IMG/VR virus record: IMGVR_UViG_3300020203_000008
Location: 64,001 to 128,000 of that record
Length of the DNA: 64,000 nucleotides
DNA from: a virus
Direction: 5' to 3' (one strand)
Made by a program: the position numbers and the translations under genes. Positions within the stretch are counted from its first letter, which is position 1; the number at the start of each line of letters is the position of its first letter. The notes beneath the pieces are model-generated. The model ran no database searches and was not told where the DNA came from. It saw only the letters and a list, made by a program, of their open reading frames with translations. Shown here piece by piece: positions 46,361 to 55,501 of the stretch.

Positions 46361-46608
46361 GATGCTCCCTTCTCGGCTCGCACGATGCGGTGGCCGATTT
46401 TGGCGTACTGCACGAGTATGTAGGCTTCTTGGAGGCGTGCCTGGTGGTAGCTGTCCACTGTGTCCTTGAAGACGGTGGGTACGCCGTTGTCATCGGTCAC
46501 GATGGTACGCACGTGGTAGCGCGCCTCGGCGTCATCTTTACGCGGAAGACTGGTGAGTTTCACCGCCACGGTCACATCAACCCCCGATGCTTCATCTCCA
46601 AAAGGCAA
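46357..46608 (-). CDS. hypothetical protein (GC-rich islet; start uncertain)
   Basis: ATGA-coupled to the next gene. Confidence 0.5.
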   Translation of the reverse strand: MPFGDEASGVDVTVAVKLTSLPRKDDAEARYHVRTIVTDDNGVPTVFKDTVDSYHQARLQEAYILVQYAKIGHRIVRAEKGAS

Positions 46609-46859
46609 CCATGATAAACAGCATGGAGATCCTTACCGGTGTCCGTCTTCGGATTCATAAGCTCACCACGTTTGTAAAGCTCCCGCTTTGCCTCATTGAA
46701 CTTCTGCGAAAGCTCAAAGTCACTCAAACTGGAGACTGTGACTGCACCAAGCTTCTCAATGTCAGACGTATCGAGGTTCAGATCGTCAGTCATCTGAGCA
46801 AAGATGCGTTTCATGTTGTCGTTGTCTTCATGGTTATCGCCCGGCTCAATAATTGCCAT
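46572..46859 (-). CDS. hypothetical protein
   Basis: GGAGG RBS. Confidence 0.6.
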   Translation of the reverse strand: MAIIEPGDNHEDNDNMKRIFAQMTDDLNLDTSDIEKLGAVTVSSLSDFELSQKFNEAKRELYKRGELMNPKTDTGKDLHAVYHGCLLEMKHRGLM

Positions 46860-46917
46860 TTATGTACCTCCTATTTCAGAAAAATTATTCTGGTAATTTC
46901 AAAGCTTTTAGGTTTTA

Positions 46918-47352
46918 TTAGTAGTTCGGGAAGTCAATAAACATATCGGCAAGACCCTGATCCTTCAGGGTCTCAATCACGAGGTTCTGAAGGTCAGTGT
47001 AATTTTGGTCGCACCGTTCAAAGGCCATTACCGCAATCTTGAGCTTAACTTCCCACATCTTGAGGAAGTTATCGAAATCTTCGGCCTTAGGGTATCCGGC
47101 AAAGATCTGAGGACAGATGAAAATGTTCAATCCGCCCTCTTCTCTGGGGATGGGCCACATGACGCCTTGTCGGGAAATTAAACCCGGATCTAGCTTCTCA
47201 AGTAGATTGTCGGCCCGAAGCATATCAATAAACTTATTCCACTGACTGTTAGGTTCCACGAACTTGATATGGACGGTTGGGGCAATAAGCTGATCGGCCA
47301 TGTAATGCCTTACGAAATCGACGCGTTCAACGTCCGTGAACTCGTTCGTCAT
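46918..47352 (-). CDS. hypothetical protein
   Basis: Coupled to the upstream stop. Confidence 0.6.
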   Translation of the reverse strand: MTNEFTDVERVDFVRHYMADQLIAPTVHIKFVEPNSQWNKFIDMLRADNLLEKLDPGLISRQGVMWPIPREEGGLNIFICPQIFAGYPKAEDFDNFLKMWEVKLKIAVMAFERCDQNYTDLQNLVIETLKDQGLADMFIDFPNY

Positions 47353-47615
47353 CCACCTAGCTCCTTCACAGCCTTAAGGAGGTTCTCTCTAGCTTTGTCT
47401 TCGGTTGCATTAGCCAGAGCCCGCTCCAAACGCCTGTTCTCTTCTCTCGTGGAATCCAGAGCTTTCTGCATTTCTAGATTGGCAGCAATTAGAGCATTGA
47501 CTCGACGGGCCATCGCAGCTTCTCTGGGTCCGTACAAGCCTGCTTCGCGGTCTATTTCCAGTTGGCTAGCTTCGCGTTCTATTTCCAGTTGGCTAGGTTC
47601 GTAGTTCTCATCCAT
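47349..47615 (-). CDS. coiled-coil protein
   Basis: Likely start MDENYE; contains a 27-bp tandem duplication. Confidence 0.55.
   Translation of the reverse strand: MDENYEPSQLEIEREASQLEIDREAGLYGPREAAMARRVNALIAANLEMQKALDSTREENRRLERALANATEDKARENLLKAVKELGG
47542..47595. repeat. 27-bp tandem duplication (1 mismatch)
   Basis: gcttcgcg(g/t)tctatttccagttggcta x2, encoding SQLEIEREA/SQLEIDREA. Confidence 0.85.
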
Positions 47616-48000
47616 TCCAGGACCATACTTTCTTCTTACCGACATTTGGGATATCAGCAACCTCTTTGGAGAGAGACAATGCGACATTCTCAGTTTGAGT
47701 TTTCGCCCATCCGGCATACTCTTCGACTTTAGCTTCGTACTCTTCTCCGTCCCGGATCTCATCCCAGAATTGGAGCCAAATATCCCACGGGTTAGGAAGC
47801 TTGTAGCCTTCTAGCTCTCTCGGGTTAATCTCGATTTTTATGACACGCTGACCCATGAGGACATCGATCATGCCCTCTGCCCAGCCACAAGGTGGACAGA
47901 GAAACCAGCCCCTAACCCATTCACCAGACCCGCGAGCTAGAGCAACTCTCGGCCACACAATCAGGGTCTCACAGGCTGTGCAGTAATCGATCTTGCTCAT
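47608..48000 (-). CDS. Zn-ribbon protein
   Basis: CTAC...CPPC. Confidence 0.6.
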   Translation of the reverse strand: MSKIDYCTACETLIVWPRVALARGSGEWVRGWFLCPPCGWAEGMIDVLMGQRVIKIEINPRELEGYKLPNPWDIWLQFWDEIRDGEEYEAKVEEYAGWAKTQTENVALSLSKEVADIPNVGKKKVWSWNG

Positions 48001-48003
48001 GGG

Positions 48004-48957
48004 CTAAAACTTCACGCTCGTCTTGAGGCCAACAATCGCCGTCTCGAACAAGCTCATACGAGACTTCGCCTCACCGAGACCAGTCTCCAAAAGCTCCTCG
48101 TACTCCACAGTGCGGGCAGTCAAACGCTGGTAATCAGTCACCAGCTTGGCATACCGATCAGATGAGATCTGCTTACCGGTGCGTTGGATCTCAGTGATCT
48201 CAGCCATGATCTCATCCACCGCATCACAAGTCTCAGCCTCAAAAGCCTTACGGACCATCTGACGCTGCTTCTTGTCATCGATCAGCGGCAAGGAGTGGAA
48301 CGTAGATTCCGTACCGGGGAGAGCGTTCACGAACGTCTCCAGAGATTCCATCTTGACAGCCTGATCTTCGGTGATGAAATATACTGCTCCACCTTCACGG
48401 ACCAGAGTCGCGCCGAAGTCCAGGACACGCTTTCGGATGAACTCTCGGATGGCATAGGCGTTCAGGGAATCCTTCCAAGCTGCAAACTCGGAACGAATCT
48501 CTTCGGTAATTTCATCAACCTTGAGGTTGCCATTCACGTTGTCAGGGAGATCCTTAACAACAATTGCTGTCGTGTTCTTGTGAAATTCGATATCCCGGAG
48601 CTGAACATAATCCAGCTTCCGACCCTTACGATCAACGGTCTGACGCACAATACGTCGGCAGATAACGTTCTCGCCACGACCACCGAAGTCTTCAACAAGG
48701 TAGTTCTCGAAGACATTCACGTTGCTAGTCGGGATCTTCTTACGTGCTGCGTTCGAAGCAACTCGGCGGAAAACGTCGAAGTCTTTCGGGTAGGGCGGGA
48801 TCGTGGACGAAAGACCTACGGTATTCAGTCCGTTCACAACGTCTGCGTGAGACACCTTAAGGGTTTGGGAGACGGTGTACCAACAAAGCCGACCGAGCAG
48901 TACGCTCTTGTCGGCCAGGTTGACTCGCTTTACATGCTCTTGCAAAATATCAGTCAA
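48004..48957 (-). CDS. DUF6744-like protein
   Basis: LGRLCWYTVS...PKDFDVFRR...REGGAVYF plus C-terminal coiled coil. Family recognised by eye only. Confidence 0.55.
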   Translation of the reverse strand: MTDILQEHVKRVNLADKSVLLGRLCWYTVSQTLKVSHADVVNGLNTVGLSSTIPPYPKDFDVFRRVASNAARKKIPTSNVNVFENYLVEDFGGRGENVICRRIVRQTVDRKGRKLDYVQLRDIEFHKNTTAIVVKDLPDNVNGNLKVDEITEEIRSEFAAWKDSLNAYAIREFIRKRVLDFGATLVREGGAVYFITEDQAVKMESLETFVNALPGTESTFHSLPLIDDKKQRQMVRKAFEAETCDAVDEIMAEITEIQRTGKQISSDRYAKLVTDYQRLTARTVEYEELLETGLGEAKSRMSLFETAIVGLKTSVKF

Positions 48958-48983
48958 TGCATTCCTCCTACGTTAAGTTGCAT

Positions 48984-49190
48984 TTACAGAACTACGGGAT
49001 CTTCAAGACCCTCGGTGGTCAGATCACTTGCCGTGTTGTCCAAACCAGCTTCGGCCTTGTCGGCTTCAAGCACGTTCCAGAGATCCAAAAGGATGTCCAA
49101 AACTTGCGTTCGGGTGTAGATCGAACGGCCTTCCTGCTCCCGGTTCTCCCGGAGCTTCTCCTCAAGCAGACCTCGGTACTTATCAAACAT
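48984..49190 (-). CDS. hypothetical protein
   Basis: Likely start MFDKYR. Confidence 0.55.
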   Translation of the reverse strand: MFDKYRGLLEEKLRENREQEGRSIYTRTQVLDILLDLWNVLEADKAEAGLDNTASDLTTEGLEDPVVL

Positions 49191-49527
49191 CGATTTGCTC
49201 CCCCGTGTCAAGAGCCGCAGCGATCTGCTGAAGCCTTCTTTCGGCGTCATCCATCTGAGCCCGCGAAACGGGCTTAAAGATTTCAACCATAGTTTTCACT
49301 TCGTTAATCCTCACATCGAAGATCCTCATTTCCGAGCCGCGACGATGCCTGTATTCTTCAGTCAACATGAACTGGTATCGGGCTGGTGGATGGGCGTCGT
49401 TGTCATGTATCCCACAATAGATCACATGAGCGCCTTGAAGTGCGTCTTTCAGGTATTGGGCAGCCTCCCAATTGCGGGTATCAATCAGATATTCTTGGCC
49501 AGGCCAAAGACGATCTTCAACTCCCAT
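49183..49527 (-). CDS. SH3-like protein with C-terminal tag helix (paralog of 49517)
   Basis: PGQEYLIDT...LQGAHV; C-terminal SRAQMDDAERRLQQIAAAL. Confidence 0.6.
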   Translation of the reverse strand: MGVEDRLWPGQEYLIDTRNWEAAQYLKDALQGAHVIYCGIHDNDAHPPARYQFMLTEEYRHRRGSEMRIFDVRINEVKTMVEIFKPVSRAQMDDAERRLQQIAAALDTGEQIDV

Positions 49528-49843
49528 GAGCCAACTCCTTAGCTACCCTCAGCAATCCCTCAGTGGCAGCCTCAAGATCTTCAATCGTTGGGACACGGGC
49601 CAAAGTTAGTCCCTTGCTGTTGATGGTAAAGGTTTGTGAGTACCAGTAATCTTCGAAACCTTCTGCTAAATGCACGGCCACATGCGGTAATATTTCGCTG
49701 CGGTTAGGTGAAGGACTTATGGAATCTACGACGACGTGAACACCGTTTAGCTTGTCTATACCGGAGGAGTCTACGCGCCAGGCTGTGGTGTCAATAACAT
49801 ACGTCTCGCCGATAATGACACTATAGGGAGTTGAAGATCTCAC
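49517..49843 (-). CDS. SH3-like protein with C-terminal tag helix (paralog of 49183)
   Basis: IGETYVIDT...LNGVHV; C-terminal TIEDLEAATEGLLRVAKEL. Confidence 0.6.
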   Translation of the reverse strand: MRSSTPYSVIIGETYVIDTTAWRVDSSGIDKLNGVHVVVDSISPSPNRSEILPHVAVHLAEGFEDYWYSQTFTINSKGLTLARVPTIEDLEAATEGLLRVAKELAHGS

Positions 49844-51410
49844 GGACCGATTCCCCTGAAGTCAACGACTTAATAGTCGCGACCTGCTGATCGCAAATCG
49901 TCCACATAGGTTCATCTCTAGCGGATCCACCAATGTTCACTCCCCAGACCTGGAAACCAAGCCGGTCCTGTTCCTTCTTGAACTCCGTGAGCCACTGATC
50001 ATCCACACTGCACATACCATCAGTAGCGAACACGATGTCGGCCTTAACTGCACCAAACCGTTCGTGCTGCTCCTGAAGGATTGTCAGAGCATGAGTGAGG
50101 GGAGTCCGGAAATCGGTTCCCCCACCGAAGAAGAATTCAGCGAAGTCGAGCACCTTGTCGGCGTCGATGTTCTGTGAATCCCTAAAGTCGTCAATCCTGA
50201 TTTGGTGCGGACTGCCGAACTGGATTGCATAGAACTCTCGCTTCTGCTTCCTCGCAATGTGCAGCAAGCACAGACCAAGAGCCTTGGTCCATATTTCAGG
50301 CTCACCACTCATCGAACCAGAACCATCGTGGCAGAAAACAATGCCGCCCTTAGCGACCTTCTCATAACCGCGCATCTTGTACTGAAGCAGGTTCCGATCC
50401 ATGTACTGCTTGAAGAACTTCATCCTCCGTAGAGGGTGCATAAGCTGTCCAAGCTCAGACGGCAGGACACGACGCAGGTTATTGCCCTGCTCCACGTCAT
50501 ACACTTCTTCCGGCGTGTAGTTCACCTTGCGCCGGTTCTCGGTGAAGGCCAAACGCTTCATAGGACCAAACAGTTCAGCGATCTTCTTAAACTTCGGGCT
50601 ATTCAACTTCCGTGCAAGTTCCATACGCTCATTGGCGGGCAGACGGTGAAGTTGACCCGGCTCCAAACCCCAAGCCTGAGCCATGTTCTCCTGGGCTTCC
50701 ATGTCCTCATTGGCCTGCTTCATGGCCTGCTTCATAGCGCCACGGATCTCGGGACCCGCACCGTTCAAAGCATCCTTAAGCTCCTGGCCCTTCTCCTGCA
50801 TCTGCTGCTGGAGAGCTTCCATACGCTCCTGAAGCTGCTTAGCCTTCTCCTGGTAATCCTGAGGCTCCGAATCTTCGGGGTTGTTCTCAGTCCAATCCTT
50901 GAACATCTCCTCAAGGTCGCGCTGCTCCTGCTGAGCCTGAGCCATCTGCGCCATAAGCTCCTGAAGTTCCTGAGCAAGTTTCTGCTCCCCTTCGAGCTTG
51001 TCGTAAAGCGTTTCTATGTCAGGCTCAATGGTGTTGAATGCCAGAGCCGCACCAATGTCGTCGCCCTGAGTCCACATACGCAATTCTCTGTAGTCAGGGA
51101 GATCTACTGCTTCCTGCATAACCTTGCGGTTAACGAGGTTTTGAGGACGCACCTTGTTCTCGTCCAACAGGTCAGGATCAACCTTCCAAAGAGACAGGTA
51201 AAGATCCTGGGTTACTGGATAGGCAAGATCGCCAGCCTTGGAGTCGGCCAGCTTGTCTCGCATAGCCCGATATTCCTTCATCTCCTCTAGGAGACGTTGG
51301 TGATCTTGCCGGTCGTAACGGTCGCTATCAATCGTAAATGGTGAAAGGTCGTTAGGGTTTGGGCTCTTCTTGCCCTTACCCATCCAATCTTTGAGAAAAT
51401 CCTTAGCCAT
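49821..51410 (-). CDS. VWA (MIDAS) domain protein, ViaA/CoxE-like
   Basis: GNNLRRVLPSEL, DGSGSM (DxSxS), GGGTDF and ATDG. Confidence 0.88.
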   Translation of the reverse strand: MAKDFLKDWMGKGKKSPNPNDLSPFTIDSDRYDRQDHQRLLEEMKEYRAMRDKLADSKAGDLAYPVTQDLYLSLWKVDPDLLDENKVRPQNLVNRKVMQEAVDLPDYRELRMWTQGDDIGAALAFNTIEPDIETLYDKLEGEQKLAQELQELMAQMAQAQQEQRDLEEMFKDWTENNPEDSEPQDYQEKAKQLQERMEALQQQMQEKGQELKDALNGAGPEIRGAMKQAMKQANEDMEAQENMAQAWGLEPGQLHRLPANERMELARKLNSPKFKKIAELFGPMKRLAFTENRRKVNYTPEEVYDVEQGNNLRRVLPSELGQLMHPLRRMKFFKQYMDRNLLQYKMRGYEKVAKGGIVFCHDGSGSMSGEPEIWTKALGLCLLHIARKQKREFYAIQFGSPHQIRIDDFRDSQNIDADKVLDFAEFFFGGGTDFRTPLTHALTILQEQHERFGAVKADIVFATDGMCSVDDQWLTEFKKEQDRLGFQVWGVNIGGSARDEPMWTICDQQVATIKSLTSGESVREIFNSL

Positions 51411-51588
51411 GAGTTAGCCTTACTTCCGTGATTCTGTTACGCTGGATTGCAAGTTTGCTTTCAACAAAAACGTAATCCTTGTCCCAGCCAGTTACGGTCC
51501 AAGCACAGTTATCGTCATCATCATCAATGATGACTTGATCTCCTTTTTCAATCTCAATTTCTCTGGTAGCTTTTATCTTAAGGCTCAT
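51403..51588 (-). CDS. small SH3/KOW-like protein
   Basis: IEKGDQVII...WTVTG. Confidence 0.5.
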   Translation of the reverse strand: MSLKIKATREIEIEKGDQVIIDDDDDNCAWTVTGWDKDYVFVESKLAIQRNRITEVRLTHG

Positions 51589-52053
51589 TTAAATCCCCAA
51601 TACCTTCCTGGTAAAGATCGGCTTAATCAATTCCTCTAGCCCCTTAAAAGCATCACCTTGGATGCCGATATTCGTTCCTCCGTAGCTCAGGTGGTTGGGA
51701 ACACCAAGTGTAACAAGCATCTCACTCAGTCTAACGCCTGTTGCCTTGTGTTCCTCCATCCGCTCTTGCCTAATCGTTTGTGCAATCTGATGCTTCTTGA
51801 TATTGAAAGCTTCTTCAGATTCGCGCTTAGCAGATTCATCGGCATAGTCTTTCCACCAACCAACGATAGACCGACCATGGATCTTGTAGTCCATCCCAGT
51901 GAGAGTTGTGGAGTTAAGGTAAACAACCATTGGGTGACCCGTCTTGTCCCCAACGCGCTTAACTACACCTTTTACTGGGTGGAGCAAACCCAAGTTAAAC
52001 TTCTTGGAGACGATGGCAACTTCGGCTCCAGGGTAAAGATCGTCAGCGTTCAT
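51589..52053 (-). CDS. hypothetical protein (SH3-like N-terminus)
   Basis: LYPGAEVAIV...KGVVKRVG; AAGGAG RBS. Confidence 0.6.
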   Translation of the reverse strand: MNADDLYPGAEVAIVSKKFNLGLLHPVKGVVKRVGDKTGHPMVVYLNSTTLTGMDYKIHGRSIVGWWKDYADESAKRESEEAFNIKKHQIAQTIRQERMEEHKATGVRLSEMLVTLGVPNHLSYGGTNIGIQGDAFKGLEELIKPIFTRKVLGI

Positions 52054-52073
52054 CTGTCTCCTTCCGGGAGGGC

Positions 52074-52099
52074 TTGGGAGAGGGACGTTCCCCCTCCCA
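52074..52099 (-). other. intergenic hairpin after AAA gene
   Basis: TTGGGAG-A-GGGA-CGT-TCCC-CTCCCAA. Confidence 0.45.
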
Positions 52100-52110
52100 A
52101 CAAAGCTGCA

Positions 52111-53298
52111 CTAGAGAGAGACTTCAGTGTCGATATTGAAGATCTCTTTGAGCAGCCGCTTCGTGACACTCAACAGCCGGGTACGAACTTCCTCGACCTT
52201 GGCAGACTTACGCTTAGAAGACTCCACCTGCTTAGACAGCTTGTGGAGATCATCCTTAGCCTTGTCAACCTTGTTGTGAAGCTCCACACCCTTCTTGTTC
52301 TTCAACTGCGGATCAACCGACTTGTCAGCAAGAACCTTGTCAAGCTCACTTGACAGCTTCTCAACAGTTTCAAGCAGGCTCATAGCTTCCTTGTCGAGCG
52401 GATTTGCAAGCTCCAGAAGGAGACGCTCAACCTTAGGCTGCTCTTCCTTAGAAGTCCACAGGACGTGAGCCAAGGGACGCATGTGCTCGATATCCGCAAC
52501 CGTCTGACCGTCCAGATATGCGGCAGCCCTGATAATCTTCAGGCACTCCACAAAGCGTCGGTCGGTCGGCTCGATACCATCGGTGCGGAGATCCGCCCGG
52601 ACAGTCTGGAGGGCATCCAGAACGTCTCCAGGGACCTCAACAGCCAGACTGGCCTGGTGAGCTTCCTGAATCTCATCCCAAGTGATGAGCTTGTCGGTCG
52701 GTCCAGAAGCACTGATCTTGAGCATCTGGATAAAGTTCCCAGGCTCCTGAATGCGCTTCGTGATCAGCCGGAACTGCACTCGGTCATAGATGGCGTTCAG
52801 TTCCTCACCATCGGGAAGCTCGTTAGAAGCACAGAACATGGTGTGAAGGGGCAGGTCATGCACCTGACCATCGTTCCGGAACTTCCGTTCGTTCAATGCC
52901 CAAAGAAGCGTGTTCAGAATAGCCGAGTTGGCCTTCCAAATCTCGTCCAAGAACCAGACGTGAGCCTCAGGGGCAAAGCCCTTAGTGACGAATGCGAAAC
53001 GATCCTCTTCCAGGCCCTTAAGGCTGACAGGACCGTTGATCTCTTCCGGAGTGGAAGTACGGGTCATGAGCGTGTCGAAGAAGTTGTAATCTCCGCCGAT
53101 CATTTCCATCATCTTCACAATGGACCGCGACTTGGCCACACCAGGCTCACCGAGCTGGAAGTGGTGAGTCCCGGAAACCAAAGCGAGAACCTGAGTCTCG
53201 ATGATGTCGTTACGCTCGATCAGGTGGGTCCGGAGACCATCCTTCAGAGTCTCGAACTTCTCCGGCAAAGTCGGAGTAGTGGTGGTGGTGTCTGACAT
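52111..53298 (-). CDS. MoxR/RavA-family AAA+ ATPase
   Basis: GEPGVAKS, FLDEIWKANSAILNTLL..LNERKF, ASNELP, AIYDR and TDRR. Confidence 0.9.
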   Translation of the reverse strand: MSDTTTTTPTLPEKFETLKDGLRTHLIERNDIIETQVLALVSGTHHFQLGEPGVAKSRSIVKMMEMIGGDYNFFDTLMTRTSTPEEINGPVSLKGLEEDRFAFVTKGFAPEAHVWFLDEIWKANSAILNTLLWALNERKFRNDGQVHDLPLHTMFCASNELPDGEELNAIYDRVQFRLITKRIQEPGNFIQMLKISASGPTDKLITWDEIQEAHQASLAVEVPGDVLDALQTVRADLRTDGIEPTDRRFVECLKIIRAAAYLDGQTVADIEHMRPLAHVLWTSKEEQPKVERLLLELANPLDKEAMSLLETVEKLSSELDKVLADKSVDPQLKNKKGVELHNKVDKAKDDLHKLSKQVESSKRKSAKVEEVRTRLLSVTKRLLKEIFNIDTEVSL

Positions 53299-53320
53299 TA
53301 TTACCTTTCTGTACGGTTAT

Positions 53321-54142
53321 TTACTGGACTGGGATAGAAGGTAGAACTGTCTTGCAACCAAACTTTAGCTGATCAATTGTGCAATCTGTCGGGTTTTTAT
53401 CTGGCCTTGGCCGCATAAAAACGGGCTGGTAAAGTCTCGGCTCATGCCGATTGTTGCAATAGAGGTAACGTACTTCTATAACGTCACCTTCTACGAGCTT
53501 TGTCAGGTTCTTTTCTGTTACAGCTACTGAACCGACATCTGTGAGAATCCCATTGTCGTCATAAACGCTGACGGCAACGGAACGCTTACCTTCTCTGCCG
53601 ACCTCCGTGATGATGCAGTCAACAGTCTCAACAAGCTTGGCCTTAAGCGAGAAGTTAGAACGCTTGCCGCAGGTATACGGTGCATCCAACTTCTTGATCA
53701 TGAGGCCCTCAGCATTGTTATCTACAACCCAGCGGGCCAACCTAATCTTGTCTACCGCAGTAGTGCAAGATGGCACTAGCTTAATCCGTTGGGTTCGGGC
53801 TGATAGAACTGAGATTACAGGTACGAGACTTTCACGTCGGAGCTTGAACGCGGTCTCCGGTGTGATTCCTGGTGCAAGTGGTAGGTCGAAGACCCAGAAT
53901 ACACCGCCGACGACTTCGCCGTCAAGAACCCAATCTCCGTTGATTCCGGAGAGTAGGTCGGCGATCTCTCGGTCAACACGAGTTTCGTTGCGCCGACCGC
54001 AACCGAACACCTTGCCGTCCTTTACTCCGATGGCAAGACGCTCACCGTCGAGCTTCTGCTCGAATGCCCACTCGGAACTGTGAGCATATTCCTCAATGTC
54101 CCCAAAAGGGACACTGTTCGCAAGCTGAACCTCAAACTTCAA
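53321..54142 (-). CDS. ATP-dependent DNA ligase (minimal adenylation + OB domains)
   Basis: Motif I EQKLDGER, III LDGE, IIIa FD, IV EGLMIK, V LKAK and VI YQPVF..RPDK. Confidence 0.88.
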   Translation of the reverse strand: MKFEVQLANSVPFGDIEEYAHSSEWAFEQKLDGERLAIGVKDGKVFGCGRRNETRVDREIADLLSGINGDWVLDGEVVGGVFWVFDLPLAPGITPETAFKLRRESLVPVISVLSARTQRIKLVPSCTTAVDKIRLARWVVDNNAEGLMIKKLDAPYTCGKRSNFSLKAKLVETVDCIITEVGREGKRSVAVSVYDDNGILTDVGSVAVTEKNLTKLVEGDVIEVRYLYCNNRHEPRLYQPVFMRPRPDKNPTDCTIDQLKFGCKTVLPSIPVQ

Positions 54143-54489
54143 CCGTAACGCTCCTTGATCCTTGCAGCTTCAGTCGCGTAGCTCATAACAAGCTTCAGAG
54201 AAGAACCTTGAGTTGTGACGAGAGACCCCTTAGGAAATCGGCCTGCTCCATCAAGCATTCTTACGACGATCTTAGTACGCTTCTTTGTGACGATCTCGGC
54301 ATGCATGCCGCGAATATACTTAGGAGATATAGTGTTTGAAAACATGACGACATCTCCAGTCTCAAGGTCATTCTGGAACTTCTGTCCAAGCTTCTTACGT
54401 CTATCCATGATTGTCTCAAAAAGCTCGTCAAGATTTTCGTCAAGGTTACCAAGATAGATAGCGCCAATTATTTGTGAGAGATCTGCCAT
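54139..54489 (-). CDS. SH3-like protein (paralog of 54640)
   Basis: GNLDENL...GDVVMF..PKY..G; ends IKERY. Confidence 0.6.
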   Translation of the reverse strand: MADLSQIIGAIYLGNLDENLDELFETIMDRRKKLGQKFQNDLETGDVVMFSNTISPKYIRGMHAEIVTKKRTKIVVRMLDGAGRFPKGSLVTTQGSSLKLVMSYATEAARIKERYG

Positions 54490-54659
54490 TACGGCTCCTT
54501 ATACGATTCGATTTCTTCTTGCTCAAAAGCCTCTTGCAGAACTTGGATTAGCTCACCAAGTTTACGATCGATGATGACACCCCAAATCTTATTGGGTCCA
54601 CCAAGCTCTACGGTGCCGACTAGACCACCGTCGTTTAGCTCAACTTTGATTCTGGGCAT
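54489..54659 (-). CDS. small protein (56 aa, not in ORF track)
   Basis: MPRIKVELNDGG...YKEP fills the gap; its stop overlaps the next ATG. Confidence 0.5.
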   Translation of the reverse strand: MPRIKVELNDGGLVGTVELGGPNKIWGVIIDRKLGELIQVLQEAFEQEEIESYKEP

Positions 54660-55119
54660 AACGATCCTTGATCTCTTGTACTTCGGCTTCTACCTCGCCA
54701 TCTACGATGGGTACAAGCTGGCTTGAGTTTATGTAAATCGTTTCATCTAGATCAAATCGTGACTTATATTGCTGCTTTGTACCGTCATAATCGGTGTACC
54801 ATGGACCGTGACGTACATTGTGTTCAAGGTGTTCGACCCGAACCGTATAAGTTCTTCGATTGCCATAGTCTCGGACTGTCTCAATTCTTACAAGTGCTCC
54901 ATCGAAGAACTTAGGCAAATATCCGTTCGGATCGCGTTTCACCTTAACCAGATCATCGATATGAAAGAGGAAAATCTGACTATCGATACGGTCACTCGAC
55001 TTCTCTCGGATTCGCTTACTGAAAAGGTTCCGAATAACCCGGAGATCATCGTCCAAAGCGCCCTGATCGAGCAGGGAAACAACCGCTTTCGCTTCCTGCG
55101 AGCTAAGTCTCCTAGCCAT
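54640..55119 (-). CDS. SH3-like protein (paralog of 54139)
   Basis: Likely start MARRLS; GALDDDL...DDLVKV..PKF..G; ends IKDRY. Confidence 0.6.
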   Translation of the reverse strand: MARRLSSQEAKAVVSLLDQGALDDDLRVIRNLFSKRIREKSSDRIDSQIFLFHIDDLVKVKRDPNGYLPKFFDGALVRIETVRDYGNRRTYTVRVEHLEHNVRHGPWYTDYDGTKQQYKSRFDLDETIYINSSQLVPIVDGEVEAEVQEIKDRYAQNQS

Positions 55120-55498
55120 CTGAAAGCTCCTTAGCTGTAGCCTGCAAAGCAGCGATGGTCTTAATGCGTTCGAATTCCTCGGCGTCATGCTGCTTCTCAC
55201 GTTTTTCCTGCTGGATGGCAGCGATATTGCTACGCTCGTATTCGCCAATAGCAATATCAAGGTGCTTACAACGGCCATACTGCTCATGACCCCTGATAAG
55301 AACCTTAAGGTCATGCTTCTTGTTCTTATTGCGAGTCATGGCATAACCCTGACAGGTGCAGTCAGCTTCAAACTCTCGGGCCGAGGGGAGGCTGCTGTAA
55401 ATAGGCGTGAGATCCACCTTGTAGATCTTGTCGTACTGAGTGTCTGATGGCACTCGGAACATGAATTCTGTGACTTGTTCAACTTGGTGCATGTTCAC
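55112..55498 (-). CDS. SWIM zinc-finger protein
   Basis: FRVPS...YKVDL...CTC...CKH (CxC-xn-CxH). Confidence 0.7.
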   Translation of the reverse strand: MNMHQVEQVTEFMFRVPSDTQYDKIYKVDLTPIYSSLPSAREFEADCTCQGYAMTRNKNKKHDLKVLIRGHEQYGRCKHLDIAIGEYERSNIAAIQQEKREKQHDAEEFERIKTIAALQATAKELSDG

Positions 55499-55501
55499 CT
55501 C

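Noticed and set aside
48184-53295. Long plus-strand ORFs (48184..49119, 50436..51290, 51658..52353, 52465..53295)
   Set aside because: Antisense shadows of strongly codon-biased minus-strand genes; no motifs or RBS.
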